The notes beneath the pieces are model-generated. The model had not been told where the DNA came from. It searched no databases and worked only from the letters and a program-made list of their open reading frames with translations. The position numbers and the translations under genes were made by a program. A stretch of 64,000 nt of DNA, taken from sequence record SRR31156797_335. The stretch is one strand, 5' to 3'. Position 1 is the stretch's first letter. Every line of letters begins with the position of its first letter. This document shows, one piece after another, positions 9,405 to 19,146 of the stretch.

Positions 9405-10715
9405 ATGAGCACATTCGAAATCATAGGAGGAAAACCTCTAAAAGGTGAACTTACTCCTCAAGGAGCAAAAAACGAAGCTCTTCAAATTCTTTGCGCTACT
9501 TTATTAACTGATGAAAAAGTAACAATTCATAATATTCCCAACATTTTAGATGTCAATAAGCTTATTGAGTTGCTTTCCGATCTTGGCGTAAATGTCTCTC
9601 GAGAATCAAAAAACAGTTACTCTTTTAAGGCTGAAAATGTAAATCTAGAATATTTAAATTCGCCTGAATTTGCAAAAAAAGGATCTTCATTACGAGGATC
9701 AATCATGATTATAGGACCTTTATTGGCACGCTTTGGGAAAGGATACATTCCGCGCCCTGGAGGTGATAAAATTGGTCGTCGTAGATTGGATACTCACTTT
9801 ATTGGTTTTCAAAAGCTAGGCGCAAAATTCAATTTCAATAAAGGTGAAAACTTTTACCGTGTTGAAGCCAAAGAGTTAACCGGAACCTACATGTTGCTTG
9901 ATGAAGCTTCGGTGACAGGAACAGCGAACATTATTATGGCTGCCGTTTTGGCAAAAGGAACTACAACTATCTACAATGCTGCTTGTGAACCTTACATTCA
10001 GCAATTGTGTAAGATGTTAATTTCCATGGGTGCAAAAATATCTGGAGTAGGATCAAATTTATTAAAGATTGACGGTGTTACAAAACTTAGCGGCTGTGAG
10101 CATAGAGTATTACCCGATATGATTGAAATAGGTAGTTTTATAGGTTTAGCTGCAATGACAAAATCGGAAATTACCATTAAAGATGTTGCTTATAAAGAGT
10201 TAGGAATGATTCCTGATGCTTTCCGCAAATTAGGAATTAAACTGGAATTGAAAGGCGATGATATCTACGTCCCAAAGCAAGAAAATTTCGAAATTGAAAC
10301 CTTTATAGACGGCTCAATTCTAACCGTGGCAGATGCACCATGGCCAGGATTAACTCCTGACTTACTAAGTGTATTTCTTGTAGTTGCCACTCAAGCAAAA
10401 GGAAGTGTTTTAGTACATCAAAAAATGTTCGAAAGTCGATTGTTTTTTACCGATAAACTAATTGACATGGGTGCTCAAATTATCCTTTGTGATCCCCATC
10501 GTGCAACCGTTATTGGTTTAAATCACGAACAACAGCTGAGACCAACAACAATGGTTTCTCCTGACATTCGCGCTGGAGTTGCCTTACTAATTGCTGCTTT
10601 ATCCGCTGAAGGAAAGAGTACAATTCACAATATTGATCAAATTGACCGAGGTTACGAAAACATCGACCTTAGATTAAATGCAATTGGTGCAAACATCAAA
10701 CGAATTGTTAATTAA
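9405..10715 (+). CDS. murA: UDP-N-acetylglucosamine 1-carboxyvinyltransferase
   Basis: GAKNEAL, LRGS..IIGPLLAR, PGGDKIGRRRLD, SVTGTAN, PDMIE, IDRGYE. Confidence 0.96.
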   Translation: MSTFEIIGGKPLKGELTPQGAKNEALQILCATLLTDEKVTIHNIPNILDVNKLIELLSDLGVNVSRESKNSYSFKAENVNLEYLNSPEFAKKGSSLRGSIMIIGPLLARFGKGYIPRPGGDKIGRRRLDTHFIGFQKLGAKFNFNKGENFYRVEAKELTGTYMLLDEASVTGTANIIMAAVLAKGTTTIYNAACEPYIQQLCKMLISMGAKISGVGSNLLKIDGVTKLSGCEHRVLPDMIEIGSFIGLAAMTKSEITIKDVAYKELGMIPDAFRKLGIKLELKGDDIYVPKQENFEIETFIDGSILTVADAPWPGLTPDLLSVFLVVATQAKGSVLVHQKMFESRLFFTDKLIDMGAQIILCDPHRATVIGLNHEQQLRPTTMVSPDIRAGVALLIAALSAEGKSTIHNIDQIDRGYENIDLRLNAIGANIKRIVN

Positions 10716-10799
10716 CTATTCATTAACAGTTTAAACACATAGATATATCTATTTTTAAAATCAGATAGAAAAAATATTAATAGCTTAAAGTAAAAAAAT

Positions 10800-11336
10800 A
10801 TGAAGAATTTGAAATATACATTGGTTTTATTCGCGTTTCTTTTCTCTTTTTCAGCTATTGCTGGAGAAAAAGGTAAGGATGTAAAAGAAGGATATAATGT
10901 AGGTGATAAATTGCCAGATATCATTGCCAAATCTGTTGATGGAAAAGAAATCAAACTTAGCTCATTGGAAGGTAAAGTGGTTCTTGTTGATTTTTGGGCT
11001 TCTTGGTGTCCTCCTTGCAGAGCTGAAAATCCAAGAATCGTTATGGCATATGATAAATTTAAGGATGCTAAATTTAAGAATGGGAATGGTTTTACCATTT
11101 ATAGTTTTTCGCTTGATAAAAAATTAGCAAGCTGGAAAGCAGCAATTGCAAAAGATAAACTAAACTGGGATTATCACGTTAGCGAGTTAAAAGGATGGCA
11201 TTCTCCAACTTCAACAAAGTTTGGAATTAACTCAATTCCATCAAACTTCCTTATTGATGGAAACGGCATTATTCTAGCAAAAAATCTTAGAGGAGAAAAA
11301 TTGGAGTTAACTCTTCAATATTATACCAAGAAATAA
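10800..11336 (+). CDS. Exported TlpA/ResA-like thiol-disulfide oxidoreductase
   Basis: Signal peptide; VLVDFWASWCPPCRAENP. Confidence 0.88.
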   Translation: MKNLKYTLVLFAFLFSFSAIAGEKGKDVKEGYNVGDKLPDIIAKSVDGKEIKLSSLEGKVVLVDFWASWCPPCRAENPRIVMAYDKFKDAKFKNGNGFTIYSFSLDKKLASWKAAIAKDKLNWDYHVSELKGWHSPTSTKFGINSIPSNFLIDGNGIILAKNLRGEKLELTLQYYTKK

Positions 11337-11357
11337 CAATTTTCTAAAATATATCTC

Positions 11358-11402
11358 AAGCTGGTAACTGCATAAATAATTGTGGTTATCAGCTTTTTTT
11401 TT
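11358..11402 (+). terminator. Intrinsic terminator between convergent genes
   Basis: AAGCTGGTAACTGCA...TGTGGTTATCAGCTT followed by T-tract. Confidence 0.7.
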
Positions 11403-11844
11403 ACTGACACTCCACTCGAAGGAATTCCTTTATTCTTTCCAAACAATACCCTTTCTCCTCCAACCAGTTAATAGCATCAAGCTGATTTTTGTAAATTTTA
11501 GTTTTTAAATCCGTATTTCTCAAATAAAATGAGAAAATATAAGCCTGTATAATTTGTAAAAATTTTGGTTTAACAACAACTGCATTGTGCTTGTATTCCA
11601 AGGTATTCGTAATTTTTCGAATTGCTTTATTAATTTGCAATGCAACTCTGGGATCAGATAAAATCAAATCTGTAAGATCACAAAGAGAAGCAAATTCTTT
11701 ATGAGGATATTTTTCCAACATCTCATCAATAGTTTTTGCAAAGAATTCAGCCGAATCTGCATCCTGCATTCCTATCACCTTTAGGTAGGCTACATTCCTA
11801 TACAAACGGATACAAAAATCCTCATTGTCAATTACTATTTCCAT
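11401..11844 (-). CDS. Hypothetical protein, probable STAS/SpoIIAA-like (SEC14-like) fold
   Basis: 147 aa; ends TKIYKNQLDAINWLEE, typical of SpoIIAA-like C-termini; convergent terminator. Confidence 0.55.
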   Translation of the reverse strand: MEIVIDNEDFCIRLYRNVAYLKVIGMQDADSAEFFAKTIDEMLEKYPHKEFASLCDLTDLILSDPRVALQINKAIRKITNTLEYKHNAVVVKPKFLQIIQAYIFSFYLRNTDLKTKIYKNQLDAINWLEEKGYCLERIKEFLRVECQ

Positions 11845-12022
11845 AAAAACCCTATTTACAATTAAAAATAATCAAAATGAAGAAGTTAAACATTCAAATC
11901 TTTGAAAAACATAAGTTACATCTTTTTGAAAATAACCAGATCAATACTTTTTTAATTAAGTCTAATCGAATCATTATCTGAATGAAATGACATAAAAAGG
12001 CAATTTTTACAGATTCAAATTC

Positions 12023-12084
12023 TATCTTTGTGCCAATTTGTCGCAAAGCTGCACATTGGCAGGTTATTTGTTTACTTGTGCCAA
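12023..12084 (+). promoter_or_regulatory. grpE-dnaJ upstream region: sigma-A -7 box, TGCCAA/TTGGCA repeats, sigma54-like element
   Basis: TATCTTTG 12023-12030; TGCCAA 12031, TTGGCA 12056, TGCCAA 12079; TGGCAGGTTATTTGT resembles -24/-12 (GG-N10-GT). Confidence 0.45.
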
Positions 12085-12113
12085 GAATTTTAGAACGAAA
12101 AAATCATTGAAAA

Positions 12114-12719
12114 ATGACAAAAGATAAAAGCAAATCAAAAAAAGAAGAATTGGAAGAAAAGGATTTGGAAACTACTGTTGAAAATACAGTAGAGGAGCAG
12201 GAGGTTAAGGAAGAACCAAAAGCAGAAAAAAAGAAAGAGAAGAAAAAATCTGCAAAGGAGAAAAAAGCAGATGAAATAGAAGAACTTGGAACTAAATTAC
12301 AAGATATCAGCGATAAGTACATGCGTTTATCTGCCGAGTTCGATAACTACAGAAAAAGAACATTAAAAGAGAAAATGGAGCTTACCAAATCGGCAGGTGA
12401 AAAAATTCTTGTTAATGTTTTACCGGTTATGGACAACTTTGAACGTGCGCTACAATCTATGGATGATGCCAAAGATGTTGAGGCTCTTAAAGAAGGTGTT
12501 CAGTTAATTTACAGCAACTTTAAAGATTTTATCTCACAAAATGGAGTGAAAGAAATCGAAGCTGTAAACCAGGATTTTGACACCGATATCCACGAAGCAA
12601 TCACAAAAATCCCGGCTCCTAGCGATGAGTTGAAAGGTAAAGTAGTTGATTGTGTTGAAAAAGGATACACTCTAAACGAGAAAGTAATCCGTTTCTCAAA
12701 AGTTGTTGTAGGAGAATAA
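12114..12719 (+). CDS. grpE: Nucleotide exchange factor GrpE
   Basis: RLSAEFDNYRKRT...LPVMDNFERAL...FDTDIHEAI...KGYTLNEKVIRFSKVVV. Confidence 0.96.
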   Translation: MTKDKSKSKKEELEEKDLETTVENTVEEQEVKEEPKAEKKKEKKKSAKEKKADEIEELGTKLQDISDKYMRLSAEFDNYRKRTLKEKMELTKSAGEKILVNVLPVMDNFERALQSMDDAKDVEALKEGVQLIYSNFKDFISQNGVKEIEAVNQDFDTDIHEAITKIPAPSDELKGKVVDCVEKGYTLNEKVIRFSKVVVGE

Positions 12720-12751
12720 ATATCTGGTTCCTAAATCTAATCTGATAAAAG

Positions 12752-13900
12752 ATGTCGAAAAGAGATTATTACGAGGTATTAGGGGTATCAAATTCAGCCT
12801 CTGAAGCCGAACTAAAAAAAGCATATCGAAAAAAAGCAATTCAGTTTCACCCTGATAAAAATCCAGGAAATAAGGAAGCTGAAGAGAACTTTAAGGAAGC
12901 TGCTGAAGCGTACGAAGTATTGAGCAATGCAGAGAAACGTCAACGCTACGACCAATTTGGTCATGCAGGAATGGGCGGTGCTTCCGGAGGTGGTTTCGGT
13001 GGCGGAATGAACATGGAAGACATCTTCTCTCATTTTGGAGATATTTTTGGCGGTAGTTCCTTTTTTGGTGGTGGATTTGGCGGCGGCGGAGGTCGCTCTC
13101 AAAGAGTAAACCGTGGTAGCAACCTTCGTGTTAAGGTAAAACTTACTTTAAAGGAAATTGCCGAAGGTGTAGAAAAGAAAATCAAAGTTAAAAAATACAT
13201 AGAGTGTAACTCGTGTAACGGATCTGGAGCAAAAGATGGATCTTCTTTCTCTACTTGTTCAACCTGTAACGGGTCTGGTCAGGTAACCAGAGTTCAAAAT
13301 ACCATTTTAGGTCAGATGCAAACCGCATCAACTTGTCCATCATGTAGTGGAGAAGGTAAAATGATTACCAACAAATGTACTAGTTGTTCAGGTGAAGGTA
13401 TTGTTCGCGATGAAGAGGTAATTACGATCAATATCCCAGCTGGTGTTGCAGAAGGAATGCAATTATCTGTAGGCGGAAGAGGTAATGCAGCTCGACGTGG
13501 TGGAGTAAACGGAGATCTTTTGATATTAATTCAGGAAGAAGCTCATCCGGAATTGGTTCGTGATGAAAACGATTTATTATACAACCTGTTTATTAGTATT
13601 CCTGATTCAATTTTAGGAACTGCTGTTGAGATTCCAACTATCGAAAACAAAGTAAAAGTTAAAATAGAAGCTGGTACTCAACCTGGTAAAATTCTTCGCC
13701 TACGTGGTAAAGGTTTACCTGATGTAAATGGATACGGTAGAGGTGATTTAATGGTGAAAATTAATGTTTGGGTTCCAAATAATGTGACCAAAGATGAGAA
13801 GAAGATTCTTGAAAAACTTCAGGCTTCTGAATCATTTACACCAAAACCAACATCGCAAGAGAAGAGTTTTTTTAAGAAAGTGAGAAACTTTTTTGAATAA
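12752..13900 (+). CDS. dnaJ: Chaperone DnaJ
   Basis: J-domain HPD, G/F-rich region, four CxxCxGxG repeats. Confidence 0.98.
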   Translation: MSKRDYYEVLGVSNSASEAELKKAYRKKAIQFHPDKNPGNKEAEENFKEAAEAYEVLSNAEKRQRYDQFGHAGMGGASGGGFGGGMNMEDIFSHFGDIFGGSSFFGGGFGGGGGRSQRVNRGSNLRVKVKLTLKEIAEGVEKKIKVKKYIECNSCNGSGAKDGSSFSTCSTCNGSGQVTRVQNTILGQMQTASTCPSCSGEGKMITNKCTSCSGEGIVRDEEVITINIPAGVAEGMQLSVGGRGNAARRGGVNGDLLILIQEEAHPELVRDENDLLYNLFISIPDSILGTAVEIPTIENKVKVKIEAGTQPGKILRLRGKGLPDVNGYGRGDLMVKINVWVPNNVTKDEKKILEKLQASESFTPKPTSQEKSFFKKVRNFFE

Positions 13901-13915
13901 ATTCTAAACTGATAT

Positions 13916-13955
13916 AAAAAAATAGGTCATTCATTATGAATGACCTATTTTTTTT
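13916..13955. terminator. Bidirectional intrinsic terminator
   Basis: A-tract-TAGGTCATTCAT-t-ATGAATGACCTA-T-tract; perfect stem with tails on both sides. Confidence 0.85.
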
Positions 13956-14014
13956 GAAGCCTGCATGCCATATATAAATTAAGAGTTTTCAAATTAAACA
14001 GAAAGTATTCTATT

Positions 14015-14221
14015 CTATCTACAGAACTTGCTTGTCTCATAAAGAAACTCCTCTACTGCAAAGGAAATCATTCTATTTGAATAGGGAGTTTTGCTTCTCA
14101 TTTTAGAAAGTATCCTTCTATATTGGGCATGCATCCTTAAAAATATGGGAATATTGTTATTTTCGAAAGCACCTTTCCAATAAAATTGCAGAAACTTCCG
14201 ATCTAAAGAAGCACGCTTCAT
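14015..14221 (-). CDS. Possible small protein (68 aa)
   Basis: Only ORF filling a 580-bp gap; points into a bidirectional terminator; no recognisable motif. Confidence 0.35.
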   Translation of the reverse strand: MKRASLDRKFLQFYWKGAFENNNIPIFLRMHAQYRRILSKMRSKTPYSNRMISFAVEEFLYETSKFCR

Positions 14222-14482
14222 TCTCTTACAAGCAAGTTTCCAATTTAAAGAGCCATAGTTACCTGTTCATCTAGAAACTTTCCTACTCCAATAAGGAAAA
14301 TTATCAGTTAAATCGGAAAGTAAATAAACGATCTAATCAGATTCTTAATTTACATCGTTGAAAAACAGAACAAAAACATGTTCTTTTCTGTTTATATCGA
14401 TTTTTTATGTTGGGTTTATCAAAATTGCGTACATTAGATTTCGGTAAAAATTTGAAGTGTAACTAAACCTAAATAATCATAC

Positions 14483-15406
14483 ATGGCATTTTTCGAAGCA
14501 AAAGACGTTGTTAAGCAATATGCAGGACACAAAGCGCTGAATAAAGTAAGCATTTCTGTTCCGAAAGGCAGTATTTTTGGACTTCTGGGTCCAAATGGTG
14601 CGGGTAAAACAACTCTTATTCGTATTATCAATCAAATAACTGGTCCCGATTCTGGTACGGTTTTTTTTAATGGAGAACCTCTTAAACCCGATGATGTAAG
14701 AAGAATTGGCTACTTGCCCGAAGAACGTGGTTTATATAAAAAAATGAAGGTTGGCGAACAAGCTGTTTATCTTGCTCAACTTAAAGGCATGAGCCAAAAA
14801 GAAGCGACCAAAAAGCTAAAATCATGGTTCGATAAATTTGATATTTTACCTTGGTGGGATAAAAAAGTTGAAGAGCTATCGAAAGGAATGCAGCAAAAAG
14901 TTCAGTTCATTGTTACCATTCTTCACGAACCTGAATTGTTAATTTTCGATGAGCCATTTTCTGGATTTGATCCAATCAATGCGAACCTTCTGAAAAAAGA
15001 GATTCTTGAACTTCGTGAAAAAGGAGCCACCATTATTTTCTCTACTCACAACATGGGATCTGTTGAAGAAATTTGCGATCACATTGCATTGATCAACAAA
15101 TCGGAAAAAATTCTTGATGGTCCAGTTGAGCAAATCAAGAAAAAATACAGAACCAATACCTACGAAGTTACTTATACAGGAGAATTCGATAAATTAGATC
15201 AAATTCTTAAAGCAGATTTTGAAGTTGTTGAACAAACAAAAGGAATTGAAGCGAACAGCTTAAAAATTAAACTTCACAATGGTTCTACTTCTAACGAATT
15301 ATTAGAACAACTTCTGCCCTATTTAAACATTGTGTCATTTAGCGAGATCATCCCTAACATGAACGATATCTTTATCAGAGTTGTGAAAGAAAATAAAAAA
15401 ATCTAA
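14483..15406 (+). CDS. ABC exporter ATP-binding subunit (NatA/YhaQ-like)
   Basis: GPNGAGKTT, YLPEERGLY, LSKGMQQK, IFDEPFSGFDP. Confidence 0.92.
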   Translation: MAFFEAKDVVKQYAGHKALNKVSISVPKGSIFGLLGPNGAGKTTLIRIINQITGPDSGTVFFNGEPLKPDDVRRIGYLPEERGLYKKMKVGEQAVYLAQLKGMSQKEATKKLKSWFDKFDILPWWDKKVEELSKGMQQKVQFIVTILHEPELLIFDEPFSGFDPINANLLKKEILELREKGATIIFSTHNMGSVEEICDHIALINKSEKILDGPVEQIKKKYRTNTYEVTYTGEFDKLDQILKADFEVVEQTKGIEANSLKIKLHNGSTSNELLEQLLPYLNIVSFSEIIPNMNDIFIRVVKENKKI

Positions 15407-15424
15407 CCAGACAGATCTATACCG

Positions 15425-16765
15425 ATGAACAAAATATTTATCATTATACAAAGAGAATATCTTTCTCGTGTAAAAAAGAGATCATTTTTAATCTTAACAT
15501 TTCTTACTCCAGTATTGATTGCAGGTATTTATGCTTTCATGATTTGGATGATGTTAAAAGATGATACCGAAAAGAGAACAATTGCCGTTATCAACGAATC
15601 GGAATTGGTTGAACCTGTTCAAAGTAAAGAATACACAACCTTCAATTATCTTGAAAATACCAGTTTCGAAGATGCCAAAGCTCAGATTGAGAATAAAGGA
15701 TATTACGCAATTCTTGTGATTCCAAAAAATATTTTGGAAAGCAGAACAGCAGATTTATTCTCATACAAACAGGTGACTATTGAAGTAAAATCTGAGGTTG
15801 GCTCACAAATCAGGCAACACATTGAGAAAATAAAACGCTCAAAAATTATTGCAGAAGCCAACATGCCCGACTTAGAGGAGAAACTGGCAGCAACTCGCAC
15901 TCCTATTTCTATGAAAACCATTAAGTTTGGTGAAGGTGGCGAGGTAAAGCAAAGTTCTACCGAAATTGCCATGGGAATTGGTTTTGCAGCAAGTTTCATT
16001 ATTTACATGTTTATCTTCCTATACGGTGTACAGGTAATGCGTGGTGTTATCGAAGAAAAAAGTAACCGAATTGTTGAGGTTATCATTTCATCGGTAAAAC
16101 CATTCCAGTTAATGATGGGGAAAATTGTAGGTGTTGCAATGGTTGGTCTCACCCAGTTTATTTTATGGGTAATTCTATCAGGAATCATTATTACTGTTGG
16201 TTCCGCTCTTGTGTTACCAGGAGTTGACATGGACACCATTCAACAAGCCAAAACCCTTGCTGAATTGCCAGAAGGTGCAGCTTCATTAAATGCAAACCAG
16301 TTTAAAATGGTTCAGGATGTATTGGGAACATTCGATTTGGCTTATGTTGCTGGTATAATTGGAGCTTTCATTTTCTTCTTCCTTGGCGGATATCTATTGT
16401 ACTCAGCTCTTTTTGCTGCTGTAGGTAGTGCGGTTGATAACGAAACGGAAACTCAACAATTCATGATGCCAATTACCATTCCTTTGATTTTAGCATTATA
16501 CATTGGTTTTGCTGTTGCCAGAAACCCGGAAAGTAGTTTGGCATTTTGGGGATCCATCATACCATTCACCTCTCCTATTGTAATGTTAGTACGAATACCA
16601 TTTGGTGTGCCAATTTGGGAACTTTTGTTATCTATGACATTGTTGATAGGAACATTTTTATTCATCACCTGGATCGCTGCCAAAATATACCGAACCGGAA
16701 TTCTAATGTATGGTAAAAAAGTATCGTACAAGGAGATATGGAAATGGCTTAGATATCACAATTAA
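15425..16765 (+). CDS. ABC-2 type permease (NatB/YhaP-like)
   Basis: REYLSRVK, VIEEKSNRIVEVIISS, multiple TM helices, IYRTGILMYGK. Confidence 0.9.
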   Translation: MNKIFIIIQREYLSRVKKRSFLILTFLTPVLIAGIYAFMIWMMLKDDTEKRTIAVINESELVEPVQSKEYTTFNYLENTSFEDAKAQIENKGYYAILVIPKNILESRTADLFSYKQVTIEVKSEVGSQIRQHIEKIKRSKIIAEANMPDLEEKLAATRTPISMKTIKFGEGGEVKQSSTEIAMGIGFAASFIIYMFIFLYGVQVMRGVIEEKSNRIVEVIISSVKPFQLMMGKIVGVAMVGLTQFILWVILSGIIITVGSALVLPGVDMDTIQQAKTLAELPEGAASLNANQFKMVQDVLGTFDLAYVAGIIGAFIFFFLGGYLLYSALFAAVGSAVDNETETQQFMMPITIPLILALYIGFAVARNPESSLAFWGSIIPFTSPIVMLVRIPFGVPIWELLLSMTLLIGTFLFITWIAAKIYRTGILMYGKKVSYKEIWKWLRYHN

Positions 16766-16787
16766 GATTCATAAAACCTTAATAGTT

Positions 16788-16817
16788 CAAATGCCTCAAT
16801 TATTATTGGGGCATTTG
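16788..16817 (+). terminator. Stem-loop after ABC operon (probable terminator, weak U-tract)
   Basis: CAAATGCCTCAAT-tatt-ATTGGGGCATTTG. Confidence 0.55.
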
Positions 16818-17003
16818 TCATAAATATAAAAAAGGCATAGTTTTTGAAGTGCTAGCCTCGTGTCTGATATGAGTAATATCAATACATTGACAAATGACAT
16901 GAATCGAAAACAAAGTTTTTACTATCTTCGATTTAGAATAGGATTTCCAATTTATTTTATGATTTTGGGAATCATCATTCACACAAACCTTTAACCAACA
17001 AAA

Positions 17004-17978
17004 ATGCAAATAAAACGGATTTCTGTAATTGATTTAGGAACCAATACATTCAATTTATTGGTGGCGGAGCATGAAGAGGGAGAGAATCCTAAGATACTGC
17101 ACCGTTCAAAATATCCGACTAAAATAGGAAAAGGCGGTATTAATCAAAATATGATTACGGAAGAAGCTATTCAACGAGCTAAAAATGCTTTTGATGAAAT
17201 AGCTAAAATTTCAAAAGAACACAAAGTTGATACAAGCATAGCCTTTGCTACTTCAGCAATAAGATCAGCCGAAAATGGTGAAGATTTTGTAGAAATGCTT
17301 GAAAAGAATTATGGCGTTTCAATAGAAATAATTTCAGGTGACAGAGAAGCTGAATTGATTTATTCAGGAACCAAAAATGCAATGGAATTAAATCACGAAC
17401 CAGTTGCCATTCTTGATATTGGCGGCGGAAGCAATGAGATAATTATTGCTAATAACGAGAAAATATTCTGGAAGAAAAGTTATCAACTAGGAATGACTCG
17501 TTTATTGGAACAATTCAAGCCATCCGATCCTATCAAAAAAGGAGAAATACTAGAAGTTGAAGTCTACTTAAAAGAACAATTATCCGATTTATTCGAAGCT
17601 ATAGAACTTCACTCTGTTAAAACTTTAATTGGTTCATCTGGATCATTCGATACCATCAAGCAAATATTACTTGCCGAAGGTAATCCTACCAATGGATTAC
17701 CAAAATCACAATTTGAAATAAAACTCAAGGATTTTTTCAGATTGCATCAAAGCTTTCTCAATTCAACTTTAGAAGAGAGAAAAGAAATGCCTGGAATGGA
17801 CCCAGTTCGAGTTGAATTGATGGTAATTGCAAGTATTTTTATCAACCAGCTGGTGAAAGAAGCCGGATTTAGTAAATTGTACCAATCATCCTACGCGCTT
17901 AAAGAGGGTGCTTTGTATGAGTTTTTTGAAAAAAATATTAATCCAACAGAAAGTGAATCTGTTGAAGTAAATAAATAA
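17004..17978 (+). CDS. ppx: Ppx/GppA family exopolyphosphatase
   Basis: IDLGTNTF, ATSAIRSAEN, ISGDREAELI, LDIGGGSNE, ALKEG. Confidence 0.9.
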   Translation: MQIKRISVIDLGTNTFNLLVAEHEEGENPKILHRSKYPTKIGKGGINQNMITEEAIQRAKNAFDEIAKISKEHKVDTSIAFATSAIRSAENGEDFVEMLEKNYGVSIEIISGDREAELIYSGTKNAMELNHEPVAILDIGGGSNEIIIANNEKIFWKKSYQLGMTRLLEQFKPSDPIKKGEILEVEVYLKEQLSDLFEAIELHSVKTLIGSSGSFDTIKQILLAEGNPTNGLPKSQFEIKLKDFFRLHQSFLNSTLEERKEMPGMDPVRVELMVIASIFINQLVKEAGFSKLYQSSYALKEGALYEFFEKNINPTESESVEVNK

Positions 17979-17980
17979 GC

Positions 17981-19144
17981 ATGTCCAAGATCCTAATCAT
18001 TGACGACGAACGAAGCATTCGCAATACTTTAAAAGATATTCTTAGCTACGAAAATTATGAAATCAGTCTAGCCGAAAATGGCGTAGAAGGATTGGAACTG
18101 GCTAAGAGTGATGAATTCGATGTAATTCTTTGCGATATTAAAATGCCTCAAATGGATGGTATCGAAGTTTTGGAAAAAACTCAGGAGTTAGCTCTCGATA
18201 CACCCGTTATCATGATATCAGGACATGGAAATATAGACACAGCTGTTGAAGCCATTAAAAAAGGAGCTTTCGATTTTATCGAAAAACCTTTGGATTTGAA
18301 TCGAATCCTGATCACTATTAAGAATGCTTTAGACAAATCGAAACTGATTACAGAAACAAAAGTTTTGAAGCGTAAGGTGAGCAAAAAATACGAGATGATT
18401 GGTGAATCAGAAGCCATTCATCAAGTAAATGAGATGATCGACAAAGTTGCTCCTACAGACGCGCGAGTTCTGATTACCGGACCAAATGGAACTGGAAAGG
18501 AATTGGTCGCTCATCGTATTCACGAACAAAGCAATCGCTGCAAAAGTCCGTTTATTGAAGTGAATTGTGCTGCAATTCCTTCAGAATTGATCGAAAGTGA
18601 ATTGTTCGGACACGAAAAAGGTTCTTTTACATCAGCACACAAGCAGCGTAAAGGTAAATTTGAATTGGCTGATGGTGGAACTCTATTTCTAGATGAAATT
18701 GGAGACATGAGCTTATCAGCGCAAGCAAAAGTTCTGCGTGCTCTGCAAGAAAATAGAATTACTCGTGTTGGTGGCGATAAAGAAATAAAAGTGAATGTTC
18801 GTGTGATTGCTGCTACGAACAAAAATCTTGCTGAAGAGATTCAAAACAACAATTTTAGAGAAGATTTATATCACCGTTTAAGTGTAATTTTAATTGAAGT
18901 TCCTTCGCTAAACGAAAGAATTGATGATGTTCCTCTGTTGGCAAATCATTTTGTTGATATGATTTGTGCAGAAATGGGCTTACCTATTAAAGGAATAGAT
19001 GAAGACGCATTGGAAGAACTGAAGAAAATCAACTACACTGGTAACATCAGAGAATTCAGAAATATTATTGAAAGATTAATAATACTAGGACAAGCGAGCA
19101 TAAGTGTTGATGATGTAAAATCATATACCAAAGTAGCCAAATAA
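17981..19144 (+). CDS. NtrC/NtrX-like response regulator (receiver + AAA+), apparently lacking the C-terminal HTH
   Basis: IIDDE, CDIKMP, GPNGTGKE, ESELFGHEKGSFTSA, FLDEIG, FREDLYHRL, GNIRE; ends shortly after the AAA+ domain. Confidence 0.88.
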   Translation: MSKILIIDDERSIRNTLKDILSYENYEISLAENGVEGLELAKSDEFDVILCDIKMPQMDGIEVLEKTQELALDTPVIMISGHGNIDTAVEAIKKGAFDFIEKPLDLNRILITIKNALDKSKLITETKVLKRKVSKKYEMIGESEAIHQVNEMIDKVAPTDARVLITGPNGTGKELVAHRIHEQSNRCKSPFIEVNCAAIPSELIESELFGHEKGSFTSAHKQRKGKFELADGGTLFLDEIGDMSLSAQAKVLRALQENRITRVGGDKEIKVNVRVIAATNKNLAEEIQNNNFREDLYHRLSVILIEVPSLNERIDDVPLLANHFVDMICAEMGLPIKGIDEDALEELKKINYTGNIREFRNIIERLIILGQASISVDDVKSYTKVAK

Positions 19145-19146
19145 AC

